A stretch of 62,838 bases of DNA, the filler included, from Gonapodya sp. JEL0774 (taxonomy: Eukaryota): NCBI GenBank assembly GCA_027604505.1. It is 44 parts of 44 records of this genome, joined end to end, with 100 filler letters (N's around TTAATTAATTAA, not from the genome) between each part and the next. Parts side by side here need not be neighbours in the genome. Positions count along the whole stretch, not along the records: positions 1 to 1,338 come from JADIIX010003317.1; positions 1,439 to 2,776 come from JADIIX010003318.1; positions 2,877 to 4,213 come from JADIIX010003319.1; positions 4,314 to 5,650 come from JADIIX010003320.1; positions 5,751 to 7,087 come from JADIIX010003321.1; positions 7,188 to 8,524 come from JADIIX010003322.1; positions 8,625 to 9,960 come from JADIIX010003323.1; positions 10,061 to 11,395 come from JADIIX010003324.1; 36 more parts are not named here. One strand, 5' to 3'. Positions 1 through 12,496 of this stretch are shown here, in pieces. The notes under the pieces are model-generated. The model saw nothing but the letters and a program-made list of their open reading frames with translations. It ran no database searches and was not told the DNA's origin. Both the position numbers and the translations under genes were made by a program. Position 1 is the stretch's first letter. Every line of letters begins with the position of its first letter.

Positions 1-1185
1 CAATATGCAAAATTAAAGTCTCCAAGCTCTACATGGGATGTTGTATGCTTGGATGTGAGTGCAGCAATCACTCCTACTGCCTACATATGTTAGGAGAATA
101 CATCTTCATGGCCCTCCTGGACTCTTGCCTCCATGTTCTGTGTCATAGGTGGCAGGTCATGGGCGCTCAGATCATGTTACAGAAGGAACCTACTTGCTCA
201 GTCAGCAGTGAGTGATCTGTGAATATTGAGTTCAGTCTTTTTAGCACTTTGGAGAGAGTAATTTGAACTTGGCTATAAAACAGTGTGCTTGATGTGTATA
301 AGGTCCTCAAACAGTGAGTAGTTACATTGTTTATTTGGTGTTTTGCACATTTTGACCACCATGAAATCATTTGTCCATAATTCTGTCACTGGTTTTAACT
401 CCATTCACCTGATAAGACTTCCATTTCATAAACCACACTTTGTTGGCCACTCCATGGGTGCTTCAATTTTGTCCACTGCTGCTGGTACCTTCCCAACTCT
501 TCCTCAGTCTCTCACCTTTGTCGACAACTTTGGTCCTCTGGCACTACCTGAAACAAGGACACCAGACAACCTGAGAGCTTACCTGGAGGCCCAAGAGCGT
601 AACAGCCAGAAGATAGTCTTTCCAACTATTGAGGACGCTGTGAAAGCGAGGAGTCATCCAAGAGCTCTGATACCAATATCAGAAGCTGCTTCCCATATCC
701 TCTGCAAGAGGGGACTGTTACCTGTTTATGATGAAACATCCAACTCTCTCCTGGGATACTCATGGTCTTCAGATGTGAAACTCACAGTACCTCATGCTGT
801 GTACCTTGGATCCACTGCTGCTGGGGTTGAGGCTACATTGATGGCAATACAATGTCCAGTAATGGTGATTGCAGGAACTGATAGTTTCTATAGAAAAGAA
901 GAGAGGAAAAGCACAGTTGAGAAAAGGATTGCTCTGTTGCAGACCTCTGTCGGGCTCAAAAACTTTCAGGTAAGTGAATTGGTGTTTGTGAGGTGTGGAG
1001 AAACTAATTATGATACTCTGCATTTTCGAAACCTATAACAATGATGGTACATTTATTCATACATAATACAGTTTCACCTCGTCCCTGGAACACACCATCT
1101 TCACCTTGAGGGTGAGAAGTCTACTGTGATATGTGCCAACACATTAGTCCAGTTCCTGATGGGTCAAAGACATCTCTTAAAGTAG
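1..1185 (+). CDS. Alpha/beta hydrolase (SERHL/lipase-like), 5'-partial, multi-exon
   Basis: Spliced translation gives VVCLD|VAGHGRSDH, the GxSxG nucleophile elbow HFVGHSMG and a C-terminal PGTHHLHLE (catalytic His). Last intron 970-1071; stop TAG 1183-1185. Confidence 0.85.
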
Positions 1186-1338
1186 ATTTTAGTGAATTTG
1201 AATGCTATATACACATGAGGATTCTCGCAGACTCTGTCTTTTTATCCATGGTGGTAAAACGAGACAGAGAGGAGACTATATTGTAGCAAAGGTATTCTTG
1301 AATTCCCCTCTCAATTTACCACGTGGTATATTTCTCAG

Positions 1339-1438
1339 NNNNNNNNNNNNNNNNNNNNNNNNNNNNNNNNNNNNNNNNNNNNTTAATTAATTAANNNNNN
1401 NNNNNNNNNNNNNNNNNNNNNNNNNNNNNNNNNNNNNN
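1339..1438. other. Artificial contig linker (first of 43 identical 100-nt spacers)
   Basis: 44 N + TTAATTAATTAA (stops in all six frames) + 44 N, recurring about every 1.43 kb (1339, 2777, 4214, 5651 ... 59997, 61418). Contig lengths fall from 1338 to 1321 nt. Confidence 0.99.
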
Positions 1439-2776
1439 CAAAACAGGTCTAAGAGAGAAGAGGTCACATCCATCATAAGCTTGTTTGAACAAATTTCAAA
1501 CTGCGTGAAATGTGCCAACTCACCTTCGAATTGCTGGATGTCCAGTTTCACGCTCGTCTGGCTGGTCTCATGCCACACGGACTCGGCTTTAACATCATTT
1601 TGGTTGATCTCCGTCCAATGAAGCTTAGCTTTTACTTTCTTTTTTGCGGGAGCGGGAACAGGAGCAGCGACAGGAGCTGGAGGAGCGAAACCCGGGGCAC
1701 GAGGAGCCCCAAACGGAGGGGGAGGAGGACCCCCTATCCCGGGAGGAGGCGGGGGGCCGGGAGGGGCAAGTGGGGCCCGAATACCAGGAGGGGGAGGAGG
1801 TGGGGGTGGGCCACCACCAGGAGGAGGCGGTGGGGGAGGGGGGCCGCCCAAGCCAGGTGGAGGAGGCGGTGGCGGAGGAGGTGGGGGAGGACCACCTAAC
1901 CCGGGTGGCGGCGGCGGTGGAGGTGGCACACCGAAGCCGGGGGGCGGTGGCGGTGGAGGAGGAACACCAAATCCAGGTGGGGGCGGAGGTGGGGGCGGAA
2001 CACCAAATCCGGGTGGCGGTGGTGGCGGGGGAGGAACCCCAAATCCCGGTGGTGGTGGCGGGGGAGGAACACCAAACCCCGGTGGTGGTGGAGGCGGAGG
2101 CGGAATTCCAAACCCTGGTGGCGGTGGGGGAGGGGGAGGGGCAGGGGGAACGCCAAACCCTGGTGGCGGTGGAAGGGGGGGAGGAGCGGGGGGAACGCCA
2201 AAGCCGGGCGGGGGAGGAGGAGGGGGGGGAGGTGCAAGAGGTATTCCGAATCCAGGTGGCGGAGGTGGCGCTGTTGGGATACATTCGTTGACAAAATAAG
2301 TAGCATTAGTACCAAATCATGGTACGGAAATGTTTCATATGCATACCTGCGGACATTCCCGGGGGCAATGGTGGCGGTGGTGGTGGAACTGGAATGTGTC
2401 CATCGTTGGACGGTTGATAACCAAACGGTGGTGGTGGAGGTGGTGGTGGTGGCGGAATGGTCACCGTTTCCATGGGAGTAGAGTAACCGAACGGTGCCGG
2501 TGGTGGTGGCGGTGGTGGTGGGATATTGGATATGCCGGATTCCTGCGATTCGGGCGATATGTAACCAATTGGTGGTGGAGGCGGAGGTGGGGGTGGAGGG
2601 ATATTCGAAGGAGCAGTCGCCAAGGGAGGAATATACCCGGGCGGTGGGGGTGGTGGGGGCGGTGCTGGCGGAATGCTCGATTCAATAGATTCGTTGGGAG
2701 GGATGTAACCAAACGGTGGTGGTGGAGGCGGTGGTGGAGGCGGAATACTGGATTGGAAATCGTGTGGAACATATCC
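1439..2776 (-). CDS. Formin, FH1 poly-proline region and start of FH2 (internal fragment)
   Basis: Many PPPPPPPGFGG repeats followed by KKKVKAKLHWTEI...SVW...KLDIQQFE|DLF, the FH2 lasso. Introns at 2271-2346 and from 1523 down. Confidence 0.92.
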
Positions 2777-2876
2777 NNNNNNNNNNNNNNNNNNNNNNNN
2801 NNNNNNNNNNNNNNNNNNNNTTAATTAATTAANNNNNNNNNNNNNNNNNNNNNNNNNNNNNNNNNNNNNNNNNNNN

Positions 2877-4193
2877 AAACGTTTACCTCATATGCGCTGT
2901 GTTCGGACATACCCGTGAAACAACGCACGCAATGCTGAACTGGCGCTTGTAGTCGAATGGTAGCTGTGCCGTGAGACCCACTGCAAAAGTAGCAGAATAC
3001 AGTTTTGATGTCCGATGAATGGCTTTGGAAGAATACTGAGTACCCACTAGCCATGATGCCCTGCAGTATAACGTAATTCTCAGATATTGGAATAACGACA
3101 CTTTGGGCAAAATCGACGTGCTCACTCACGACCATGTGTAACCAATTGAGCAATCCGTGGATCCGATCATTAGCAGAGAACCGTGAGTAGTAGCCATTCA
3201 CCAGATTCCACGACCACCATAATACAAGAAAGAAGACAAGAACCACAACAAGCCCGTGTAAGGTGGGCTCGTAGCCGAAGAGGATGTCCACACGGATAAT
3301 GCCACCCACGTACAGAAGGTCGTAGAAGAGCTCTATGACACCAAGACCAAAGTATGACATCAAGGTTTCATCGGAAAGTTGGCTACGAGCTTACCTTCCC
3401 AGCTGGCACGATGTTCCTGGTCCTCTTCTCCAAAGTCAAAAAGCAGCAACGGCAGGTGCATCAGATGACGCTTGCGATAGAATGGCTGTGGCGAGTTCTT
3501 CGCGATGCGCTCAAATTCTTTTTTAAGAGAAAAGTAGGACCGCTGAGATAATCCTGTTGCGGTTGAATCCACCGAGAGGGTCCGTGAAACAAGTCCAGCG
3601 CCAAATCCAGTTTGTTTCAGGGAGGGTAAGGTATAAGGGCGAGGTCGATTCACCGATGACACCATGGAGACTGTTGGGTGGAACGTGACTCCGATACCAA
3701 GACCGATTTGCTCAGTGTTCGGTGCAAGCGCCCCAGAATCGGCTGCAGCTGAGTTCCACCTATCTCCTGATCTTATCAGTTCTCCACGTGGATTAGGAGG
3801 TCTCACGTTCGTTTCTGCATGGTGTTCGTCGGCGAGATTAGTTGAGTCTGTGCTGAGTGCGAGTCGCAATGGAGATTCTAAGAGGGTTCCGCTTCCTCCC
3901 GCGTTATGTTGAGAGAGGAGAGGTCTCCCAGTCACCGCACCAGGCGAAAGTCCTCCATGCATCTTTGCCATACTTCGGGATGTGCTCTGTGCCTCGTCAT
4001 CATAATGCGAAAGCCTTCGCTCAGGTGTCTCCGTTCGAAAGGAAGAGTCTCCGCTCGCTTGGAGCCCACCAACCTCCCGCGGTCTGACGAGGATGGAGGG
4101 GGGCGGTGGCAGGTAAAGAAGGTCAACGGGTGATAACGTTCGTGGTGGCGACGATTCGCTATCACGGGAACGGCCAATACTGTCATCATTCAT
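2877..4193 (-). CDS. LtrA (low temperature requirement A) family membrane protein, 3'-partial
   Basis: Long disordered N-terminus, then HRASW..IELFYDLLYV and LWWSWNLVNGYYSRF, matching LtrA motifs, with TM helices. Confidence 0.75.
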
Positions 4194-5076
4194 GTAATAG
4201 AAGGATGGAGGATNNNNNNNNNNNNNNNNNNNNNNNNNNNNNNNNNNNNNNNNNNNNTTAATTAATTAANNNNNNNNNNNNNNNNNNNNNNNNNNNNNNN
4301 NNNNNNNNNNNNNTCAATGAGCGGGCGCGCGTTCAATGTAAATTCAACGCTCCTGCAGCTTACATTCATCCAAGTTCTCTTTACTTGCGAGAAAGTACAA
4401 TTCTTAGAGAAAAGTTGACGCTCCTCTTTACGACAGTTCCTGTAATTGTTGCGAAGGTTCAAAGGGCCAGGGGGCGGATCAGAAGTGGTGTTTATCAGCG
4501 TTTGGTGGGATAGTGTTAAGATCATATCACTGACATGTCCCAAAGCTTTTCACAATGTCCTCAATGGTATGCAGGACGGAACGTGCGACCTATCCACTGG
4601 ACTTGATAATGTTAAACAAGCTGAGCGTAAGAATATGGTGTGTACTCCTGATCCATTCGGCCCTGGAGCTCCTTCGTGCTTGTGTGCGATAGGAGCAGCT
4701 GTAATTTTCGAGTGGAGTACATGTTTGCTGGAGACTTCTCTCCAATAAATCTGATCCAGTAAAATATCGGGTTCGTGTTCATAGTCCCGCTCGCCCAAGC
4801 TCAGTCCAGGCGACTTACCGTCCGCAAAACCGGAATGGTGCAAACAACCTTCAGTCATGTGGTTCTTGTCGTAACGAAATTTAAAACACCAGCGTCTCCC
4901 GCGTGATTCCATCACGTCAGTGTTTACGATGGCTTCGATCGTGGCTGCCTTCAGATACCCCGTGCCCTTCGCAATCACTTTTGCCGGCGGTTGAAACCTC
5001 ATCGCGATCCCTTCATCGATTCCATATCTTCAAACTCCACTCCATCGATAACCCTTTCTCAACTTCCAACTCAATT

Positions 5077-5650
5077 ATGGCCTCTACGTCGCCGACGACG
5101 TCTGCTGCCTCTCGTCAAGCAGATGGTTCGTCTGCCACCCAGCCGATGGTTTCTACGTCCAGTTCGGTCGCCAGCGAGACCAATGGAGTCAACGGAAAGT
5201 TGAGGAGATGCAATCTGCCTCTCAGATCGGTCGTCGTCTTGATGATCATTTTGAAGTGTGTGAAGGCATTGTCTGGTGGAATTCTGCACACCTACAATGA
5301 ATACCTTCAAGTCTCCCTGACGCACAATTTTTCCCTTTCAATTTTCTCACAGTGTGGTTCTCGTCGTCGTCGTACTGATTGCGCTCACCACAGTCTCCTC
5401 CAAGGCGAGCAACGACGATGCCATCGCCCAGGGCACTTCGGATATCGGGTTGCTGGCAACCAAGATACAAAAGGATGCCTCGGCAGCTATTCGTACTCAC
5501 ATTGCCAATTATCTGGACAAGGTGGGTTCGAGCTGTCACTACCATGTCTCGAAGGGAATGAGCCTCGCATTATCTGTTCTCCGTTGTTTCATTCAGATCA
5601 TCGGAATCAGCAACACAACGACCAAGTTCTTTCAGAGTGGATTTGCTGAT
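5077..5650 (+). CDS. Hypothetical membrane protein N-terminus (possible sensor domain of a cyclase or histidine kinase)
   Basis: ATG at 5077, S/T-rich leader, hydrophobic LPLRSVVVLMII..VVLVVVVLIAL, then a helical segment; plausible introns. The function is a guess. Confidence 0.3.
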
Positions 5651-6288
5651 NNNNNNNNNNNNNNNNNNNNNNNNNNNNNNNNNNNNNNNNNNNNTTAATT
5701 AATTAANNNNNNNNNNNNNNNNNNNNNNNNNNNNNNNNNNNNNNNNNNNNTAAGATTGAAGGTGAACAACATGAGCATGAGAGGATGAAGGGGGTGCTTA
5801 AGAAAGGAGAGTCTGGATCTGCCCCCCGTTTATATAATCGGAATCCGTCGTGAGAGCGAGTCACTTTCGAGTCCTGCTATATCGCGAGGGGAAAAAACGG
5901 TCACGAACCCGTACGCGATACTGTAGAACGCTAGTGCTACGATATCGCCGGCAAGCGAGGTCGTGAAGGGCGCAATCGTCATAAGATGCGTGACTTTTGT
6001 GGTAGGAGTCCACGCCGGTTGAAGTGGATCAACGGCCGACATTTCACAATCGGGCAGTCCTGGTGCTGGAAGGATCCTTTGCCCTTATATGGATCAATTG
6101 ATTTACCTCATCAAAACCACGTCCTGGAAACCCCGGCCATAATATATCACAGAAACGCCCGGCCAGGCAAAATTTCTTTTCTTGAAGTCTCGTTTACCAC
6201 ACTGCGATCCCATTTTACGCGATTTCGCGGCGGACAGGTCTCGACGGTGGCAGAAAGGCGTTCTGGCAGGATAACGATCCGCAGCACG

Positions 6289-7041
6289 ATGATGTCGCCA
6301 GTAGTCAAGTGGTAGCACCGGCAAACATTCCACACGAGGACTTTTCCCCTCTTGCTCTTCCCTCCAGAGATCGTCACCCGAATACCATCGTTCTGACTTA
6401 ATCCTCGCTGGCGATTGGGACTGCCCCGGAGGGCCCTCAGCCATTCTATTCTCCCTGTCCTCCGAGATCCCGACACAATTGCATTAAGAGCTATTGCAGT
6501 CTTTGGAAACCATCCCGATCGTGACATCCATTCTCCGCCGCGGAGCTAAGGTGCACTACCACGCAATCTTCTTAGCCTCTCACTTTGGGGACTTTAGCAT
6601 TGTCCGTCTACTACTGGAGCACGGGGGAAGACTATCATTCGTGGCGATGCAAGCCCTGATTCAGCGCTTTATGATAATGCAATCTCCAATCAACATTTTC
6701 CCTTCATTCCCAAATTCTTTGACAGACATTTGATGTCGTGCCTTCTAGATATCGCAATCAGCAAACGCAATCAGGAAATGGTACAGCTTCTTTTGGAAGC
6801 TGGTGCTGACATGTACGATAAAAGCGCTTTCGGTGGAGAAAGCGTCCTCACTCGAATACTCAACAACCACTCGGAAGAAGAACCCGCGATAATCATCAGG
6901 TTACTCATAGAAAGGGGCTTTGATGTTGACTTTGATTCCGGCTATGCTCTAAGTAGATCATCCAACTACGGGTTGCTGAACGTGGTGGAGGTTTTGCTTG
7001 AACGCATCCTAACGAGGAAGTTGCACTTCGGCGGGCACTAG
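6289..7041 (+). pseudogene. Disrupted ankyrin-repeat gene with F-box-like N-terminus
   Basis: In-frame stops TAG 6313 and TGA 6394 within FPLLLFPPEIVTRI..LGLPRRALSHSILPVLRDPDTIALRAI. Ankyrin motifs (GDFSIVRLLLEHG, EMVQLLLEAGAD) lie in shifted frames. Confidence 0.7.
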
Positions 7042-7187
7042 GTCAAGAACAACACAGCGTTGTGAATCTGTGAGTTAAACGAGGAGCNNNNNNNNNNNNN
7101 NNNNNNNNNNNNNNNNNNNNNNNNNNNNNNNTTAATTAATTAANNNNNNNNNNNNNNNNNNNNNNNNNNNNNNNNNNNNNNNNNNNN

Positions 7188-7697
7188 ACAGGATTGCGAT
7201 TGCGCGGGCGCTGATAAGAAACCCCAAGATTTTGCTGTTAGGTACAGAGACTGTCTAAACGGTGGCTTGTGTCCAGACAACAGCAGTCACCGATCAATCC
7301 GTTCTCTCTTCATCACAGATGAGGCCACCAGTGCCCTCGACTCAGAAAGGTGTGTATTCGTCCACTCCTTGGCAATCAAATTCCCTCTCTGACCCACTTC
7401 ACTGCTGTTCGATACAGCGAGAAGGTTGTGGAAGCTGCTCTTAAAGTAGCTGCTCAAGGACGCACTACAATTGCGATTGCACATAGACTCTCGTCCATCC
7501 AGAACGCTGATATTATTTTCGTCATCTCCAATGGAGTTGTTGCGGAATGTGGTGAACACAAAGAACTGATGGAACGGAAAGGTGAGCACCTAATAGATAT
7601 CGGTTATCGCACCGGTGGAGGTCCAATTAATTCTCTCTTGGATTTAGGACTATATTATAGTCTCGCACAAAAGCAGAATCTCGGAAAGTCCGATTAA
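7188..7697 (+). CDS. ABCB/MDR-type ABC transporter, C-terminal NBD2 fragment
   Basis: [32 protein letters not shown]...[18 protein letters not shown]...GEHKELM; stop at 7697. Confidence 0.95.
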
Positions 7698-8064
7698 CTA
7701 CCAGAGAACAGATGCCTTCAGCAAAAGGTGACGTCACCATCCCACCGTATTCGCGCCTGAGTTATGGATACACTGTTAGAAATCATGACTTGCTCTTGCT
7801 ATATAGTCTATCGTGGGCCTAATATTATGAAAGTCTGTTGTTGATGTGTAGCTCCTCTCATCCGAGAATTCACAGAAAGACACAATTTAGATGCTATTTT
7901 AAGACCCTGGGGTCCGCGATAGATTCTTGTTCCTCATTTATTTGGCAAGACGGTAGTTTGTTTGTGGCGAGTTGCTCACATCCGCATTGCAGTCGAATTA
8001 TGAGGTAGAATTCAGTCACCACCATAGCCATCACTTCCACGTTTCACGCAGATCGCCGACCACT

Positions 8065-8524
8065 ATGTCGTCCTCTCAACAGAAGCAAAAAGTTCGCGAG
8101 TTCATCACCTTTACCTCCACCAAGTACGCCTTCGTTACCTCTGCTGCTACAATTCTGGCATCTTGACCGATCATTCTTTTGCGTTTTGCGCGGCTGTGAA
8201 TCAATGAAAATGCCATGTGACTCTCAATTTAGTGACAAAACGGCGCAAAAGTTCCTTGCTGCAACAAATTGGAATCTGGAATTGGCGGTGGATTCCTACT
8301 TTTCCGATCCTTCTGCCTCCCGACTGCCCAAATCTGCATCCCAGTCCTCCTCTTCCATTTCATCGTCGAATCGATCAGCTTCCACAGCGAACTTGGATAA
8401 GCTATTCAATAAGTACAAGGGTGAGCAATCAAGGCCGAACTTAGGCGACAAAGGAGACTATCAGATATTTGTATTGCCCCAAATTCTGAGACGGCCTCAA
8501 CATGTCAAAGCTCAAAGTTTCTCC
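8065..8524 (+). CDS. DCN1: DCN1-like protein (defective in cullin neddylation), N-terminal part
   Basis: UBA-like QKQKVREFITFT..DKTAQKFLAATNWNLELAVDSYF followed by LDKLFNKYK. Confidence 0.8.
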
Positions 8525-9252
8525 NNNNNNNNNNNNNNNNNNNNNNNNNNNNNNNNNNNNNNNNNNNNTTAATTAATTAANNNNNNNNNNNNNNNNNNNN
8601 NNNNNNNNNNNNNNNNNNNNNNNNGGCAAACGAAAAGGGCAGGGAGAGGAACACAAGACCGAACCGACGAGAACGTGGTTACTTCGAAGATTATAAAATT
8701 TTCAACTGGCCAGGCTTGGCGGGGCGCGTCCGACATTGGTTCGTGCTTCTAATCTCAACAAACCGAGCATTAACCTGAGAGGAGGACCGTGAATGGACTG
8801 CTAGAGCAACGTCCTGCATTCTTTGCAGTATATTACCTAGGATGCAAGTGCTTTCCCAGGCCAGACCGACCGATAACAGCCTCCTTGTGGTTGGACGCCA
8901 GGACAAGGGAATGCGCAGAACTTACTATCAAAAGGTTATCTCCGAACTGCTCCAGCGTTCTTTGAGCGGTAGTAAACGAAGGAAATTTTTCTCGAGTTCA
9001 TAACTTAAACATTCACAAGCTGAGGTCCTCTTTGTACCGGTGTTGAGGCAAGGACTTGAACTCGGCACTAGCACCTGAGATTAGAGGACCTCCCAGATAT
9101 TCACGGGCTGGGACTTTGTGCTGATCGTTGTGACCGTCCCAGTTAACCCTGCTTTTCTCTCCTGCGTCCACCCTCGCCCTCGCCCTCCCCACCCTCCCAC
9201 CGCTCCCCGCTCCGATACCTCCTGGTCCCCAACCACCTTCTTCGTTCCTCAG

Positions 9253-9872
9253 GCCCGCGAGGTTCTTTCGAACGAAAGCAATGTACAGCCCGTCCGCGTT
9301 CCTGTTACAGTCTGTGGCGATGTTCACGGCCAGTTCCACGATCTCTTGGAGTTGTTCAGGATCGGTGGCAATGTGCCCGATACTAATTATCTGGTGAGTG
9401 ACTCGTGGGTTGTTGGTACACGCTTGCTCTGGATTCGAGTAACAACTGAGACCTTGGACTCGGGAGAGATTCACGCTCGTAGAGAGCGATGGGTGCACGA
9501 GCTGTCCAGCATCTGCCGGAACTAAACTCTTAGGTTCAGTGAACACTGGGACGTAGTATGTTCTCGCCGGCAGCACACTACCATCGCATACTACGTTGAC
9601 ACATCAGGAAGAATCCGTGGTTGTTTCTTGATGCCAAATCTCTCCAATCCCCCGAGTCTCAACCATTCACGCCTATCCTCGTCCTGGGATACCTCACTCA
9701 CTCGTCAACCTTCATTCTCCACTTACTCACTCTTCTCACAGTTTATGGGTGACTACGTGGACCGTGGCTACCACTCTGTCGAGACCGTCACCTTGCTCGT
9801 GGCTTGCAAAGTTCGATACCCCGATCGCGTTACGTTGACGAGGGGGAACCACGAGAGTCGGCAGATTACCCA
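9253..9872 (+). CDS. PPH21: Protein phosphatase 2A catalytic subunit, two internal exons (9253-9393, 9742-9872)
   Basis: [69 protein letters not shown]. Confidence 0.92.
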
Positions 9873-10062
9873 GTGAGTAGTTCATTTGTTTGAGTTGCAG
9901 TCACGTAGGAAATGGTTCTCGAGTTCGGAGGAGGGAGCGAACATTGGCGAGAGTTGGAATNNNNNNNNNNNNNNNNNNNNNNNNNNNNNNNNNNNNNNNN
10001 NNNNTTAATTAATTAANNNNNNNNNNNNNNNNNNNNNNNNNNNNNNNNNNNNNNNNNNNNCG

Positions 10063-11394
10063 TTCGCTGGTTTTGCAGCCGCGGCCAACAGAGCCAGTTA
10101 CGGTAGTGCCCGGGGAGATCCGTTTGGACACTTTGGCGCTTTCGGTGGTATGGGAGGGTTTGGAGGATTGAGTTCATTCGGGACCGACCCCTTCTTCTCT
10201 TCCCCATTCCACAACGACCCGTTCTTCGGGTCGCCATTCGGTCCCACCCGTGGCGCTTCCTCCCGCCAAATCACGGACCCATTTTCCTCCTCTTCGTTTT
10301 CCTCCTCTTCCTTCTCATCCTTCTCATCGAACTCCCCGGGTTTCATCTCCACCTCCACCTCCACCCGCACAACTTTCAACCCCCTCGGGGACCGCACCAC
10401 CATCACCACTGTGCGTGACTCCTCGGGTCGCACTACGACCACCACAGTGAAGACCGACTCACAGGGTAACGAGACCAGGACCGTGGAGGTCGATGGGAGG
10501 TTGGTGGAGGGCGGTGTTGACACTGGGAGAGGCGTGCGGGCACTGGAGTACGGACGTGATAGGGACCCGAAACCGAGTTTGCGAGGGGCGGGGTTGATTG
10601 CAGGGACAAACAAGGCTCCTACGCCTACATCCCGCACTCCCGCGACCAAAATCGACACCAGCTCACGTTACACACGACCCACATCTCTGAACCCTCCGAG
10701 CCCATCCGAAGTCATTGATGTGGACGCCTTGCCTTCTCCTTCTGCATCTGCATCGCCAATGGACGTGGACGCCATACCGGAGTCGTTCGGCAATATGTCC
10801 CCATCGTCGAACGCGTTTCCTCCATCTTCGAACGCATCACATACCGCCAATCATGCAACATCGATGGGCTACTCACGATACTCTCCAGGGGCCGGTGGTA
10901 CGAAGCATGCTCAAACTGCGTCTGCGCCCCCCAACTCCTCGCACACCGTGTCACTGCAAACGCCGTCCGGTCGTGCCGCAGAGAGCACAGGTGGCAACGC
11001 GAACCGAATGGGAGTGACGCGGTCGAACCCCGGCACCGGCGCCACGGCACGCACACGCGAGCCGGCAACCCACCTCTCCACCTCTGCAAACCACACCACC
11101 GCTGGACGGTCGCCCCGATACGATCCGTCCGAGTACGAGGAACCCATCAAACTACCCTCTCAGTCATCCACTCCAATATCCGTAGGCATCTCGGGCGGCG
11201 CTTACGATGGCCACCACGACACACCGGACCGCCGCGTCAACGAGCACCACGGTGGAGGACTGCATCTCCCGCACCTCCACGTACCCCATGTGCCCAACCC
11301 GCTGGCGAATCTGCTGGGAAGACGTGGGTCGAAGGGCGAAGCTGCGAAGGAGAAGGGGAGGGGAGGGGCGGAAGGGGTGCCTGTGGGCGAGAAG
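10063..11394 (+). CDS. G/F-rich and S/T-rich protein resembling the DNAJB6/B8-type J-protein C-terminal region (fragment)
   Basis: The frame is open across the contig: G/F-rich FGGMGGFGG..DPFF, S-rich FSSSSFSS, then ISTSTSTRT..RTTITT..GNETRTVEVDGRL. No J-domain on this contig. Confidence 0.5.
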
Positions 11395-11495
11395 ANNNNN
11401 NNNNNNNNNNNNNNNNNNNNNNNNNNNNNNNNNNNNNNNTTAATTAATTAANNNNNNNNNNNNNNNNNNNNNNNNNNNNNNNNNNNNNNNNNNNN

Positions 11496-12496
11496 GCAAT
11501 TGCACAGCGACGGAAAGTCGCCTGCGCTCTCCTGTGGATATGCTTGTTGACGTAGTGCTGGGATTCCCCACTAGATGGGAGCGGCATCTGGTTAGACCAA
11601 GCTTCGTTTTGTAAGCGATCGAGGGATGAGAGGGGGCATGTCAGCTGTAATCGCTGATTTAATAAAATCGCCGAGTAAGATTCACACCTTCTTGATTATG
11701 TCTTCCACGTGATCCTTGCGTGATTTCGGTGCGCTTTCTTTGAGCAGGGTCTTCTCGATATTGCGGGTCATTGATTGATACTCGTCTGAATACCGACAGT
11801 TTCAACATTGCCACATTGGATTGCTCACCTTGCGCACACTGTCATCACCACCTCGATCGTTGAATTTTGAGGGGGTTTCCGAAAGGAGAAACTCCGCGTG
11901 ATAGGTGATCGTTTCATCGACTGTCAGAGCCGTGAAGAAAGGGTCATACCGCTCAACTGGATGTGGTACCACAAAAAATCTTTGGATGACTCGGTCGACG
12001 CTACAAGGAAGCATGTTGTCTCCCACCGAATCCATATTGTCGGGGCCAAAGATGCGGGTCGCGCGGAGCCCCATCCAACAAGATGGTTCCTTCGAGGTTT
12101 CCCTCGCTAAATCGCCCACTGAGAGCGTTCATTAGCGTAGTTTTCTGCGAACCAAAGTATTTGACGCAAGTTCTGAACACATGGATCAGCGATTGAAGAA
12201 CTAACACCGGCCCCAGAACCTCCGATCAAGGCTACCATCTCCCCTGGAGCATGAATTCTCATGTGGATAAGCTCGAGCCCCGATAGCCAATTGCCAATGA
12301 TCTTGCGCTTACCGCTTCGCAGTTCTCCATCCACACCATGAAGAATCGGTTTCCATTCTTTGGTACCCCGTTTTCCCACGGAGAAGGTCAAATCAGTCCA
12401 CGTGAGCATCAATGATGGCAACACAATATCCACACAGAAGCGATCTTCGAAGCTCCGCCTATTTTGTTTGAAGTAGCGCGATACATTTTGGCACAT
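11496..12496 (-). CDS. ABCG (White-like) transporter, N-terminal NBD fragment
   Basis: LTWTDLTFSV..ILHGVDG..GEMVALIGGSGAG|KTTLMNALSGR..LEGTILLDG..LTVDETI. Confidence 0.88.

Noticed and set aside
1510..2824. Multiple long overlapping ORFs (E/G-rich, W/R-rich)
   Set aside because: Shadow frames of the stop-poor formin poly-proline region.
2877..4193. LtrA as a recent bacterial transfer
   Set aside because: LtrA-family proteins are widespread in fungi, and this gene has ordinary introns.
4550..5002. 150-aa minus-strand ORF
   Set aside because: No ATG at the called start, no recognisable motif, and it lies upstream of a better-supported plus-strand gene.
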